Shown: positions 48,146 to 58,925, counted from the first letter of the stretch. The stretch is DNA of 64,000 nucleotides from an uncultured delta proteobacterium (GCA_963711335.1 CAVQDX010000040.1:171267-235266), one strand, 5' to 3'. Numbers and translations: made by a program. The notes: generated from the sequence alone by a model not told the origin.

Positions 48146-49780
48146 TCAATGAGCGCCATGGTTCCAGGGGACATCATGGACGTTTCCCTCCTTCAGAATT
48201 CCCATCTTTCGTTCAAGTGTCGCACGATTTATCCTGAAGCCCATCAGAGAAATATAATAGTCGCCTTCGGACAATGATAACTGTCTTTGCGCATCCAACA
48301 CTTCGACGTATGTGGCGACCTGTTCTTTGTAACGTTCCTGGTTGATGCGGAAGTTCTCAGTCCGGAACTCGACTGCAGCTTTATTATTCGCTATGTCGCT
48401 CTCCGAGCGTTTCATGTCCTCATATGCCTGCTTCACTTCGTTCATGATCGTTTCGACGAGCAGTTCCCGATTCACAAAGGCCCTGGCTTCGGTGGTTCGT
48501 TTCTCAGCGACTGTCGAACGCTTGCGGAACATGTCGAATGTCCAGGTCAAAAGACCCTGAATTTGCCAATCGTTTGTGCCTTCAGGATCAATAACATTCC
48601 AATCGTCATTGTAACGCACTCCCCGGGCCGCTACGTCGATAGTCGGCATAACATCAGCCTTGGCTGATTTTACCATGGCCAGCGCCTGATCCACTGAAAT
48701 ATTGGCCTGTCGAATTTCCAGCCTGTTTGCCGCCGCTATCGCGTAAGCGTCAGGTAATCTGTATTCGCTCGGCCGATGGGTCAAATCCATGACGACGTCG
48801 GTAGGGGTGTCCTGAGGATTCCTCAAAAAATAATTCAGATTGGCCTGATTCTTGGCGATGTCGGCCAGGGCCTGGGTCCTCTGGATCTTTGCCTGGGCCA
48901 ACTGGCCCTCAGTTGACAGCACGTCCACTTTCGGGACGACTCCAGCTTTATAGAATTCCATGGTCTGGTTGCGCAGAGCCTCCAGCGCTCGAATTGCGGA
49001 ATTCGCTACCTCAAGCAGTTTCTCTGCCTGCATCATACCGTAATAGGCCTGGTATACATTAAGGATGAGGTCCTGTTTGTTCACATCAAACTGGATTGCG
49101 GTGTAGTCGACACCCAGCCTGGCGTATTTGTAGTCATTTATGAGTTTGCCGCCGCTGAATATCGGCTGGGTTATCGTGACCGAACCCGTGAACTGACGAA
49201 ACGGGTCGATGCGGAAAGGATATAACGGAGGGCCAGGGAATAGGTCATCCCGTCGCACTACTTGCTGAAAGGAGGCATATCGAGAATCCTGCACCGCTGT
49301 AAGCGCCGATACCCATCCTCCGTTCCGGTATCTGTCCCAGTTACCCGTATACTGCAAAGTGATCGAAGGGAAGAAATCCGAATACGCTTCACGGCGCTGA
49401 TATTCTTTTTCTTCAACCGCAAGCCTGGAATCCGCCATTGTCAAGTTTCTGGTGATGGCAATAGAGACGGCCTGAGGTAGGCTGACCCTGAGGTTTGGGT
49501 CGACGTTCCTGTAATTCGGACCCGAGGCCCCGTCTGTTGGTCCCATGACATCGGAATCAGGTTTGGTTTGTAATGTCATTGATTTGGTATCGCTCGAAGG
49601 CGTCGACGCCTTGGTAGCCGCAGGCCGACCACCGCCCTGGGAACTCTTCGAGTCGTACGCCAGGCCGTTCTTGACAGCCGCAAGTTTTTTACCCGCCAGT
49701 GCGTCCCTGATATCCACTCCCCCGAAAACAAGAAGAGTGGCCACCAAGAGAACCAGCGTTAATCGAGCTAGCCTGACCAT
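48146..49780 (-). CDS. TolC-family outer membrane efflux protein
   Basis: 544 aa with a signal peptide and two repeats of the OEP pattern (helical heptads with conserved Q..L..A...Y.AG). Intact. Confidence 0.8.
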   Translation of the reverse strand: MVRLARLTLVLLVATLLVFGGVDIRDALAGKKLAAVKNGLAYDSKSSQGGGRPAATKASTPSSDTKSMTLQTKPDSDVMGPTDGASGPNYRNVDPNLRVSLPQAVSIAITRNLTMADSRLAVEEKEYQRREAYSDFFPSITLQYTGNWDRYRNGGWVSALTAVQDSRYASFQQVVRRDDLFPGPPLYPFRIDPFRQFTGSVTITQPIFSGGKLINDYKYARLGVDYTAIQFDVNKQDLILNVYQAYYGMMQAEKLLEVANSAIRALEALRNQTMEFYKAGVVPKVDVLSTEGQLAQAKIQRTQALADIAKNQANLNYFLRNPQDTPTDVVMDLTHRPSEYRLPDAYAIAAANRLEIRQANISVDQALAMVKSAKADVMPTIDVAARGVRYNDDWNVIDPEGTNDWQIQGLLTWTFDMFRKRSTVAEKRTTEARAFVNRELLVETIMNEVKQAYEDMKRSESDIANNKAAVEFRTENFRINQERYKEQVATYVEVLDAQRQLSLSEGDYYISLMGFRINRATLERKMGILKEGNVHDVPWNHGAH

Positions 49781-49842
49781 ACCTATTTCTCCTCCATCAA
49801 CAAATCACGACAATCCCGCTCAAGCGACCGGGATCACAGATA

Positions 49843-51076
49843 TCATTTCGAGTCAACCATCATACGACCGAAAACCTTGGCGTTACCGACGAGATTTGAG
49901 ATAAGAATCCTCTCATTCGGCGCATGAGCCAATCCTTCAATTTTTTCCCATACAGCGGCTGAAAGCCCAGCCTTCCGGAAAAAAGTCGCAACCGTCTGTC
50001 CGCCTATTCCCTGCGGCCTCGGCTGCACTCCGTAGATTTCCTGGACCGCCTGCGCAAGTTCAATTACCACCGGAGAATCCTGCGGTGTGCCATGAGGAGA
50101 CTCACTCCTCAGACGCTCATCCACCGCAACCTCCACACCAAACCGATCCGAGACTTCACCTGCAACAGCTCTCATCTCCTGGAACACAGCATCAGGATCG
50201 ATCGTAGGCAGGACCCTGCAGTCAAAGAAAAAGACATCCTCACCTGGTATTGTGTTAATATTCTGGACGTTTGCGTCCTTACGAGTCGGTTCGAAAGTGC
50301 TCTCCGGAGGGTTGAAAAAGCTGTCCCGCTGATTGAAGCGTTCGTGCAAGGCTTTGTCCAGCTCGACAATCATATGAGCAGCCACTCGAAGAGTGTTCCT
50401 GCATTTGTCCGGTCGGCTCGCGTGTCCCTGCTTTCCCGTTATCTTGAACTGCACCTGGAAAAGATGTTTTTCCGAGATTTCAATTACGTCTCCGTCTTTA
50501 GAACCAGCATCCGGGACAAGTATTAGGTCGTCCGGTCTGAAAAGATCGGGCCGGTTCTTTAGAAACAAAATCCAGTCCGTAATGGCTCCCTGATTCTTCG
50601 TCAGAAACAAGGGCAAGCCCAACGTTCAGACTGAAACTTCCGACCTCCTTAACCGCACGAGCGGCAAAAACGCTCGAAGCCAATGCCTGTCCGTTATCTT
50701 CTACGCCGCGTCCGTAAAGGTAGCCATCTTCAACATGTGGTTGAAATGGATCGTGATCCCACAGCCTGCGTTCTCCAACGGGCACAACATCTATGTGACT
50801 AAGTATCCACAGTGTTCTTGACGTATCTTTGCCTTCGAAAATCGCCAGGAGGTTGGGTCGAACTCCATCGGGAACTCGATCATCCGGCGCTGGAATCTCG
50901 ATAACCAGGTCCGGCCGTATATTCAGAACTTCTTCCTTTATGACCAAATACTTCGCCATTTCCCCCGTTCCGCCGTTTTCCGGGCCAAGGGCGGGAATGG
51001 AGCATATCCGCGCTAGAAACTCGACGGACTGATCAGTAAGTTCTTCGATACGTTGGGCGATCCTTTGAAAAGTCAC
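49843..51076 (-). pseudogene. M20-family metallopeptidase (ArgE/DapE-like), one frame break as sequenced
   Basis: LWILSHIDVVPVGE..WDHDPF..GYLYGRGVEDNGQ and ..LALVSDEESGSHYGLDFV|LKNRPDLFRPDDLILVPDAG... The junction at a T run near 50590-50600 is repaired by removing one T. Confidence 0.8.
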
Positions 51077-51201
51077 AAAACCTCCGAAACTACTTTAACT
51101 ATTATTAATAGAAATTATATTGCTGTATTAGTATGTTATATTAATTTGCTATAATTAGTCAAGGAAAAATGATAAGTATCAGATGAGGAGCGTCGCTTGA
51201 A

Positions 51202-51831
51202 ATGGTCTACTATCTGAATATCCTTGGGACTGCGATTTTTGCGATTGGGGGCTCCCTCGCGGCTGCGCGTAAGGGAATGGATTTGTTCGGGGTAGTGGTG
51301 GCCGCTGTATTGACAGCGATAGGCGGTGGCACATTACGTGACCTTTGCCTTGGAGTCCACCCGGTCAACTGGGTAACTGACTCGACTGGGCTAGTGATCG
51401 CCGGGGTTTGTGGCGCATTGACGTTCACCTATGTCAGTTTGCGCCAGTTTAGCAAGATTCCCTTCAAACATCTTAATGTAGCGGATGCGTTCGGACTCGC
51501 CCTATTCACCGTGATCGGATGTGACACCGCTGTAAATCTTGGGTCAAATGCGCTTATTACTGTCACAATGGGGATGCTGACTGGATCGGGCGGCGGCATC
51601 ATGCGTGATGTGTTTTCGGGGGAGATCCCCCTGTTCTTCCGTAAGGAAATCTATGCCACGGCCTGCCTTGTCGGTGGAGCGGCTTATTTGATTATCCTTG
51701 CTCTGGATATGCCCGACGGCTTGGCAATGCTGGGTGGAGCCGCTGTCACACTTGGGATACGTCTCGCAGCTATCCACTGGCGCTTGTCTTTGCCCAACCT
51801 GGCTCAATATGAGGAGAAGCTGAAAACGTGA
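51202..51831 (+). CDS. UPF0126/TRIC-family membrane protein (YadS-like)
   Basis: 209 aa with two UPF0126 repeats (..AIGGGTLRDL.. and ..GSGGGIMRDV..). Confidence 0.75.
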   Translation: MVYYLNILGTAIFAIGGSLAAARKGMDLFGVVVAAVLTAIGGGTLRDLCLGVHPVNWVTDSTGLVIAGVCGALTFTYVSLRQFSKIPFKHLNVADAFGLALFTVIGCDTAVNLGSNALITVTMGMLTGSGGGIMRDVFSGEIPLFFRKEIYATACLVGGAAYLIILALDMPDGLAMLGGAAVTLGIRLAAIHWRLSLPNLAQYEEKLKT

Positions 51832-51923
51832 TTTGGCGGCAACAAGCGACATAGTCGGCTAGAAATGATAACGGCCAAGACTAGCACGTACGTCACATTC
51901 GCTCGCATAATTGAATGGCGATT

Positions 51924-52196
51924 CTAAGATTTGTTTATCCCTCGGTAAACATCTTTCCTGTGGCCTATTTTTGTGACCAGTATCAAGAGATCTTGGTCTT
52001 GGACCTTATAAATTATTCGGTAGTCTCCAACCCTCAGACGGTAAAATCGCTCCAGGCCAATCATGGCTTTCGCTCCATTCGGTCGAGGCTCGGTGGCCAA
52101 GGACAGAATTTGTCCGTCAACCCGTTTCTGGTCGCGTTTGGGGAGGGCGATTAGTTCTTTGAGTGCGGAAGGAATTATTTGGATCCTATAGTTCAA
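51924..52196 (-). CDS. relE: type II toxin, RelE/ParE family
   Basis: 90 aa: ..LKELIALPKRDQKRV...L...PRPNGAKAM.GLERFYRLRVGDYRIIYKVQDQDLLILVTKIGHRKDVY. Confidence 0.85.
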   Translation of the reverse strand: MNYRIQIIPSALKELIALPKRDQKRVDGQILSLATEPRPNGAKAMIGLERFYRLRVGDYRIIYKVQDQDLLILVTKIGHRKDVYRGINKS

Positions 52197-52447
52197 TCAG
52201 CGCCAAGCTCTTTTCTAGCTGCCTCATACGGGATTGGGATTTCATTGGGGTCCGACAATCTTCGAACAATCTCAACAGTGTCCAGAGTATCTTCAATTTC
52301 CTCAAGGAGCTTAAGGTCTTCGATTGGAACAAGGACAGCGACATCCTTGCCTCGTCGATTAAGGACAATACGTTCTCGGCCAAAGGCTACCTGGTTTAAC
52401 GTTTGAGCAAAGTCCTTCCTAACGTTCCCTGTTGTTAGTCGTTTCAT
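52193..52447 (-). CDS. type II antitoxin, Phd/YefM family
   Basis: MKRLTTGNVRKDFAQTLNQVAFGRERIVLNRRGKDVAVLVPIEDLKLLEEIED.. Overlaps relE by 4 nt. ATG at 52447 is preferred to the ORF-track start at 52522. Confidence 0.8.
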   Translation of the reverse strand: MKRLTTGNVRKDFAQTLNQVAFGRERIVLNRRGKDVAVLVPIEDLKLLEEIEDTLDTVEIVRRLSDPNEIPIPYEAARKELGAD

Positions 52448-52466
52448 ATGTCCATTCCTTCTCAGC

Positions 52467-52489
52467 GTACTATTTGTACGTTTTGTACA
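52467..52489 (-). promoter_or_regulatory. candidate operator of the Phd-RelE pair (GTAC / TGTAC / TGTACA repeats)
   Basis: GTACTATTTGTACGTTTTGTACA lies 20-42 nt upstream of the antitoxin ATG. Confidence 0.4.
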
Positions 52490-52561
52490 AATATAATTCA
52501 TCTTGAACGATAGTTCAAGCAATCCCCATCATCCCGGCATGGGAACCAAAGAGCTAGCATA

Positions 52562-53434
52562 TCATTTCGAGTTACGAGGCGACATCTCTGAAAAAGTGTT
52601 GGCGAACCTTGCAAACTCCTCTACGGAGAGTGTTTCAGCCCTTCGGCCCAGATCGATGCCAGCGATACCAGCAGCCTCCATAATGCAGTCAAAATTCAAG
52701 TCAGGGGCAACCAATGACTTCAGTGAATTCCGAAGCGTCTTGCGTCTTGAGGAGAATCCTGCTTTGACAAGTTTTGTAAAGAATTTGTGATCAGTTATTT
52801 TGTGCGGAGGAGTGTCAGGAAACTCTATTCGAATCATGCTGGAAGTGACCTCCGGCCGCGGATAAAAGGCTTCCGGAGGGACATTGAAAAGGGCCTGAGA
52901 ATGCGCCGTCGCAGCGAGGAGAACCGTCAGCGCGCCGTAATCTCGCGTTCCCGGATCAGCAACCAGCCGCTCAGCTACTTCTTTCTGTAGCATCACCACC
53001 GCAAAATCGAAAATGTCATGGTTTTCCTGAAAAGTAAAAATTATGCGGCTCGATAAACTGTACGGTAGATTTGCCACTACCTTCAGCTTGCCAACATCTG
53101 CGGCCAAAGATCGAAAATCAAATCTTAGAACGTCCTGGTGGATCAATTTCACGTTGGGAAAGCTTGCAAGATTAGACTCAAGTTCCCTGAAAAAGCCGGC
53201 GTCTACTTCTATTGCCCATACTGTTACGTTCAATCGGGCCAGCTCTTTGGTCAAAGCTCCGAGTCCCGCGCCTATTTCTATTATATGATCCCCTTCCCTC
53301 AGGTTCGCGACGTCCACGATCATATCGAGATACGAGAGATCAACAAGCAGGTTCTGGCCAAGCCACTTTTTCGGGGCAAGTCCCTTCGCCTTGAAAATTG
53401 CCTTGGGATGAATCTTGTTTCTGATCATAGCCAT
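52562..53434 (-). CDS. rsmA: 16S rRNA (adenine1518/1519-N6)-dimethyltransferase
   Basis: ..KKWLGQNLLVD......I......GDHIIEIGAGLGALT..L and NLPYSLSS motifs. I placed the start at MAMIRNK (53434) because the ORF-track start would overlap the mnmE end. Confidence 0.88.
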   Translation of the reverse strand: MAMIRNKIHPKAIFKAKGLAPKKWLGQNLLVDLSYLDMIVDVANLREGDHIIEIGAGLGALTKELARLNVTVWAIEVDAGFFRELESNLASFPNVKLIHQDVLRFDFRSLAADVGKLKVVANLPYSLSSRIIFTFQENHDIFDFAVVMLQKEVAERLVADPGTRDYGALTVLLAATAHSQALFNVPPEAFYPRPEVTSSMIRIEFPDTPPHKITDHKFFTKLVKAGFSSRRKTLRNSLKSLVAPDLNFDCIMEAAGIAGIDLGRRAETLSVEEFARFANTFSEMSPRNSK

Positions 53435-53447
53435 GGAATAGTCATTC

Positions 53448-54873
53448 CTATTTGCCCACACAGAATCGCTCAAAGATTCGATCAAGCACGGCTTCGTCCA
53501 CCTGTTCCCCGGTGATTTCCCTCAAATCCCTTAAAATACCGGTCAGTTCCAGGGACAGGATCTCAGGGGCTGGACTGTTTCCAGTCGAAAGGGATTCCAA
53601 AACCGGGTCGATCTTGCGCAAGGCTGAATCAACGAGCAGCAGGCTTCTCTGATTCAGACGAAGAGCAGTTGAATGTCCGGATGTCGATATAATTTCCATC
53701 GCCCGTTCATGAAGAGCCTGCTTAAGCTTCTCAATGCCGCTTCCCGGTTTTTGCGCTTATTTTTAGCGGCACGGGGCAAAAATCGGGAAAGCGGTCCAAG
53801 TCAATCAGGACACCAGGCAAATCGGTCTTGTTGAGAACAAGTATGGTCGGCGAATCCTTGCAGAATTCAAGAACCGACAGATCATCCTTATCGATTGCAG
53901 AGCCTGAATCAATAACCATCAGAAGAATATCCGCCTTTTCCATCCAGGACAGAGCGCGGCGTATTCCTTCACTCTCAATCGGATCAGGGTCGTCCCTCAG
54001 ACCGGCTGTGTCGCAAACCTCGAACAACGAGCCGTTTATGATGATGTGTTCCGATACAGCGTCTCTGGTAGTGCCTGGGAAAGGGGTCGCAATCATTCTG
54101 TCTTCGTTGATAAGAGAGTTGAAGAGTGTGGATTTGCCTACATTCGGTTTACCGACAATCGCCACTCTTATCCCCTCGCTCCTCCGTCTGCCTGCGACGC
54201 CTGATTCTATTAGCCGAACCATCTTGTCTCTGACCCTGTTCAGAACAGGCAGAGGCGCCGGAAACTCCAAGTCGACATCCTCGGCAAAATCAATGCCCGC
54301 TTCTATCTCAGCGACTGCATCGGTGAGGTCTGCGATAATTTCCAGAATTTCCGCCGAGAGTTTCCTGTCCAGTCGACCCCTGGCCTCTTCAACTGAGGCA
54401 GGACTTGAGGCCATGATCAAATCTATCACCGCTTCAGCCTGGATGAGATCAAGCTTTCCGTTAAGAAACGCTCGTCGGGTGAACTCTCCTCGACCCGCAA
54501 GTCTGGCGCCGCAAGAAATAAGAATCTTAAGCGCCTCGTTCATAATCACGGGACCGCCATGAAGACTGATCTCGACTGTATCTTCCCCTGTATAAGAGTT
54601 CGGGCCTCTCATTACTATAGCAAGCCCATCATCAATAGTGGGAGGATCAGCCAATTCCGGACTATATGAGACAAGTCTGCCGTAAACAGCCTTGCGCTCG
54701 GGAAATGCGCTATCGGCAGGATTCACGGCCACAAAAACATCAGATATGATTCGGACCGCGTCAGGACCGCTTAGTCTTATCATCCCTATTCCGGAATACC
54801 CCGGAGGGGTCGCCATCGCCGCTATCGTGTCGGATTCATATTGAAGACAGTCTGTCATGGATACCAGGAACAA
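53448..54873 (-). pseudogene. mnmE: tRNA modification GTPase MnmE (TrmE), one frame break as sequenced
   Basis: DTIAAMATPPG N-terminus, G-domain GKPNVGKSTLFN / DTAGLRD / NKTDL, and C-terminal ..FERFCVGK*. The junction ..ISAKTG|SGIEKLKQALHERAMEI.. at a GGG run near 53735-53740 is repaired by removing one G. Confidence 0.88.
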
Positions 54874-54914
54874 AAAACCCGTGAGTTTCGGGCAGAAATC
54901 CCAAAAGCCACGGG
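54872..54914 (-). terminator. Rho-independent terminator candidate after ctc
   Basis: The minus strand reads CCCGTG...(GGG-ATTTCTG-CCC)...CACGGG followed by TTTTTT. Lies between the ctc stop (54943) and mnmE. Confidence 0.45.
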
Positions 54915-54942
54915 CGGAAGAGTCCGATGACGTTAGGTAAAA

Positions 54943-55554
54943 TTATTTTGCAGGTTCTTCGGCGGCTTCGGCTTCACCCGCCTCTTCCTTCTTCGGCGCT
55001 ACCACAGTCGCCAAAGCTATTCCGAGGTCCATTGCAGGGATTACACCAGTGGGCAAGGTTATTTCGCCCACGTGAATCGAGTGGCCTCTTTCCAGTTTTG
55101 AAACATCCACAACTATCTGATCAGGAATGTCAGCGGGAAGGCATGACACTCGAATTTCCTTGGCCGCTGTTTGGAACATGCCGCCCTTTTCAACGCCAAC
55201 AGGCTTGCCCTGAAACTCCAAAGGCACCTCGACTTCAATGGGCTCATCCATAAAAATCTGGAGGAAATCCAGATGCACTATTGAGCCATCGACCGGACGG
55301 ATTTGATGCTCCTTAAGCAGAGCCAGCATGGTCAATTCGTTCCCACCTTCAGCGGTTATCCGTAGATCGAAAAGCGGGTTGCTTCCAGCTTTTTCTACAG
55401 CCTTCCTGAATTCATGAATATGTATCGACAGACTCATCGGTTCAATCTTTTTGCCATAAAAAACCGCAGGCGCCTTACCCTGGGCCCTTAGTCTTCTTGC
55501 CGGTCCTTTGCCGGTTCCAAAACGCTGTTCAGCGCTGAGAGTGACTTTGTTCAC
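54943..55554 (-). CDS. rplY: 50S ribosomal protein L25 / general stress protein Ctc
   Basis: 203 aa: ..RFGTGKGPARRLRAQGKAPAVFYGK...P..L......F........GSN.L..L, with an acidic C-terminal tail. Sits next to prs, as in many bacteria. Confidence 0.88.
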   Translation of the reverse strand: MNKVTLSAEQRFGTGKGPARRLRAQGKAPAVFYGKKIEPMSLSIHIHEFRKAVEKAGSNPLFDLRITAEGGNELTMLALLKEHQIRPVDGSIVHLDFLQIFMDEPIEVEVPLEFQGKPVGVEKGGMFQTAAKEIRVSCLPADIPDQIVVDVSKLERGHSIHVGEITLPTGVIPAMDLGIALATVVAPKKEEAGEAEAAEEPAK

Positions 55555-55616
55555 AGTTCCTCCGTTTGGGGATTCCGGGATTTGTCCAGAGAATTGGACA
55601 TTCCGATCCCGCTCGA

Positions 55617-56564
55617 TTAAACAAATAGTTCAGAGACGGAAACTTCTCGATGTATCCGACCTATCGCCTCACCAAGAAGTGGAGCGACTGATTGCACTTT
55701 TAGTTTTGGACATCTTTCCAGCTTATCATTTGCCGGTATGGTGTCTGTAATGTACAAATTAACTATTGGAGAATCATTAATTCGTTGAATAGCCGCGCCC
55801 GACAGCACAGAGTGCGTGCAGCAGGCTTCTATTTTACGCGCTCCGACGTTTTCCAGCGCAACTGCAGCTTTGACAAGGGTTCCGGCTGTGTCGACCATGT
55901 CGTCCAAAAGGACAACATCCTTCCCGGCAACATCGCCTATTACGTTCATTACCACTGATTCGTTGGGTTTGGATCGGCGTTTGTCGATAATGGCCAGATT
56001 GGCTCCAAGCCTCTTGGCGAAGGCCCGGGCTCTCTCCACCCCACCGGCGTCGGGTGAAACTACCACGCATTCGCCACCATTATGATCGGACTTGATTGTG
56101 TCCGCCATAATAGGTCCGGCGTACAAATGATCCACCGGAATATCAAAAAATCCCTGTATCTGCCCCGCGTGCAGATCCAGCGTGAGGACGCGGTCCGCCC
56201 CTGCGGCGGTAATGATGTCCGCAACGAGTTTGGCCGTTATGGGCGCTCTGGACGCTACTTTACGGTCCTGTCTGGCATATCCGTAATAGGGCATTACCGC
56301 TGTGACACGACTGGCAGAGGCTCTTTTCAGGGCGTCGATCATAACGAGTAGTTCCATAATGTTATCATTCACTGGACTACATGTTGACTGAACGACAAAA
56401 ACGTCCATGCCGCGGACGTTTTCCCTGAATTCAACCTGGGTTTCGCCGTCGCTGAAGTGCCCAACGGTAGCGTCTCCGATCGGTATCCCCATATACTTGG
56501 TAATACTCTCGGATAGGGCAGGATTGGAATTTCCAGTGAATATTTTTAGCCCGACTCTCATCAA
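55617..56564 (-). CDS. prs: ribose-phosphate pyrophosphokinase
   Basis: 315 aa: LKIFTGNSNPALSE.I......P.GD..V..FSDGE, YYGYARQDRK and the PRPP loop VVLLDDMVDTAGT. Confidence 0.93.
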   Translation of the reverse strand: MMRVGLKIFTGNSNPALSESITKYMGIPIGDATVGHFSDGETQVEFRENVRGMDVFVVQSTCSPVNDNIMELLVMIDALKRASASRVTAVMPYYGYARQDRKVASRAPITAKLVADIITAAGADRVLTLDLHAGQIQGFFDIPVDHLYAGPIMADTIKSDHNGGECVVVSPDAGGVERARAFAKRLGANLAIIDKRRSKPNESVVMNVIGDVAGKDVVLLDDMVDTAGTLVKAAVALENVGARKIEACCTHSVLSGAAIQRINDSPIVNLYITDTIPANDKLERCPKLKVQSVAPLLGEAIGRIHREVSVSELFV

Positions 56565-56724
56565 ATGGTCCTTTTACAAGATAGGCTGCGGTGCAAAGAG
56601 ATGATAATACGATTACCGTTGTGTCATGTCAACAGGAAACAGGCTGAAATATGAGGTAATTGAAATAGACAACCGTTATTGATATACTGAAAATTCCCAT
56701 AAAAAATACGCGGAGGATGTCCAA

Positions 56725-57042
56725 ATGAAAACACTGGTGGTGTTTTTGTCGCTGACTTTTTTTCTAATTGCGGGCTCAGGCGTGTCACTGGCCGCGGCCG
56801 AAGCTCCAAAGACCGATAAACCTGCAAACGCAGTGGTTAATTACAATCCTAAATATAAGTGTGTCATGGTCTGCAAAGGTGAAAAACCAGCTCTTGAAGT
56901 TCTAGAAGATGGACTCGCCTATGCGCTGGATGTGCCTTTGGCCCTTTTGAGCCCTATAACCTGCCCACTCGTTACCCCGCTCATGGACAGGCTTGATTCT
57001 GACCCTGACAGATACTATGACGGGAAGAGATTCAAAAGATAA
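56725..57042 (+). CDS. hypothetical small secreted protein
   Basis: Signal peptide MKTLVVFLSLTFFLIAGSGVSLAAA. 105 aa, with GGAGG before the ATG. No family recognised. Confidence 0.45.
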   Translation: MKTLVVFLSLTFFLIAGSGVSLAAAEAPKTDKPANAVVNYNPKYKCVMVCKGEKPALEVLEDGLAYALDVPLALLSPITCPLVTPLMDRLDSDPDRYYDGKRFKR

Positions 57043-57086
57043 TTGCGGCCAGCATGTTCCGTCTATCAGGACCGAGTCGCAGGCGC

Positions 57087-57638
57087 TCATTTCAGGACAA
57101 AGCATTTCTCATCACCAACCTCTCCCTTGAGGTGGAATTCAACCTGCTTTTGAGGAATCTCCTTCAGGTGGTAAACGATCTCCCATTCCTGTGACTTCTT
57201 GTTCCAGGAATACTGATCAAGCGATACTTTTTTCCCCTTCTGAAGGTAGAGCATGAGATACCATCCGCCATAAAGCTTGGAATAGCAGATTTTGACATGC
57301 TTGACGTTTTTCATGTGACCAGCGAAATCGAGAGCCGCCTTGCTGACTTGATCCTTTTCACCCTCATTGATGAGGGATTCCGAGGACCCCTTTTGCTCTC
57401 CACCCGCCGGGGGGGTGTACTGAGGGGGAGGCGGAGTGGCCAGTAGTTTTTTCAGCTCTTCGTCTGAACCTTTCTTGGCGCTTTCAGTTTGCCCCGCACT
57501 CTCCGTCGAAGCTTTTACCGGTTGTTTACCTGCCTCTTCGTTCGGAGCCTTCACGCTCTTTAGAGCGGAAACACAACCGACAATGGCCAGGGCCCCCACC
57601 AATGCAAGAAAAAAAAGCATGCCTCGGTAAGATTTCAT
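57087..57638 (-). CDS. hypothetical lipoprotein
   Basis: Lipobox LAIVGC after a hydrophobic leader, then a Pro/Glu/Lys-rich linker and a compact C-terminal domain. Confidence 0.5.
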   Translation of the reverse strand: MKSYRGMLFFLALVGALAIVGCVSALKSVKAPNEEAGKQPVKASTESAGQTESAKKGSDEELKKLLATPPPPQYTPPAGGEQKGSSESLINEGEKDQVSKAALDFAGHMKNVKHVKICYSKLYGGWYLMLYLQKGKKVSLDQYSWNKKSQEWEIVYHLKEIPQKQVEFHLKGEVGDEKCFVLK

Positions 57639-57802
57639 TTATTAATCCATTGATATAATCTACGAAAAAAGTAATGTAAATATATCATGTTGAACATAGT
57701 TTTTCAACTTAATCGAAAGCAGACAATCCTTTTTCCTGGCTGTTGACGCCACGAACTGCAGAAGGGTTTGGATGGAATGAACTTGATTTTTCAGGCAGGA
57801 TT

Positions 57803-58705
57803 TTAAGCGACAGATCGCTTGTTTTGTTTAGGAATTTCAGTCGCTAGCCGCCCAAGTCTTTGATGACTGAGGTCAATGTACGCTGGGTTTATTTCATAAC
57901 CAACAAAATGCCGTCCGAGTTTTTTAGCTGCAACTGCGGAGGACCCGCTTCCCATGAACGGGTCAAGCACCACATCGCCTTCGAAGCTGTAAAGATTGAT
58001 CAAACGCTCTGCCAAACCCAGGGGAAACGGAGCCGGGTGCCCTACCCTCCTGGCTGATTCAGACTGGATTTCCCAAACACTTGTGGTGGCACGCATAAAT
58101 TCATCTCGACTGATTGTGGATTTACCCTTATTCGGCCTGTCGAAACGATCTTTAGAAAATATCAGCACGTACTCATGCAGATCTCTTAGAGTAGGGTTGC
58201 CTGCCGACATCCATGACCCCCATGCGCACGAGCCGCTGGATCCTTTTCCCTTGACCCAGATTATTTCACCCCTCATCAGCAGACCGAGACGGGAAGCAAT
58301 CACCGCCACGAAGGAGTTCAAAGGTATATAGGGCTTGCGTCCAACATTGGCGACATTGAATGCGATCCTCCCCCCTGGCATGAGCGTCCTTTTAGTTTCT
58401 CTCAACACTTTTTCCAGAAGGTTCAGATATTCTTCAAGAGTCAGATCTACATCGTAATCCTTACCAACATTATAAGGTGGGGATGTAACCATCAAAGCTA
58501 CAGAATTGTCAGGCAGTTCATGCATGTTCTCGGAAGAATGCGGGAAAATTTGATCCAATACTTCAGCGGGCGCAGATCCCTCTATTTCCCTTTCTCCTTC
58601 TACACTGGATGAAGCGAATAGCTTTCGGCCATAAAACGACGAGGAATCATGATTCTCTCGTTTACCTACCCCAAACGCCTTAGTAGTTGTTCTGTGTTTC
58701 TGCAC
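57803..58705 (-). CDS. beta-class DNA methyltransferase (N4-cytosine or N6-adenine; pfam N6_N4_Mtase type), no adjacent endonuclease
   Basis: Motif IV MVTSPPYNVGKDY comes near the N-terminus and motif I VLDPFMGSGSSAVAA near the C-terminus (the beta permutation). Intact 300 aa ORF. Confidence 0.8.
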   Translation of the reverse strand: MQKHRTTTKAFGVGKRENHDSSSFYGRKLFASSSVEGEREIEGSAPAEVLDQIFPHSSENMHELPDNSVALMVTSPPYNVGKDYDVDLTLEEYLNLLEKVLRETKRTLMPGGRIAFNVANVGRKPYIPLNSFVAVIASRLGLLMRGEIIWVKGKGSSGSCAWGSWMSAGNPTLRDLHEYVLIFSKDRFDRPNKGKSTISRDEFMRATTSVWEIQSESARRVGHPAPFPLGLAERLINLYSFEGDVVLDPFMGSGSSAVAAKKLGRHFVGYEINPAYIDLSHQRLGRLATEIPKQNKRSVA

Positions 58706-58740
58706 TTTGTCTCTGGGAATCCATGATTTAGTGGCGTGCC

Positions 58741-58925
58741 ACAGTGGCCGACGGACATGACAAGTAATATATCAAATTTTACATGTCAACTTTTTTATTT
58801 TATTTCAAGTCAATGAAGAGTTTAGTTAATATTTTATATTATTTATTATCCATGTTCTATAGCTATAAATAATTGTAACTTACTAACTTAACTACATTAA
58901 GTTGCATAATATTAGAGTCAGCTCC
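58741..58925. other. AT-rich intergenic island between the methyltransferase and alaS
   Basis: My hand count over 58761..58920 gives 32 G+C in 160 nt (about 20 percent), against roughly balanced composition elsewhere. Contains the inverted repeat AACTTAA-CTACA-TTAAGTT. Confidence 0.6.
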
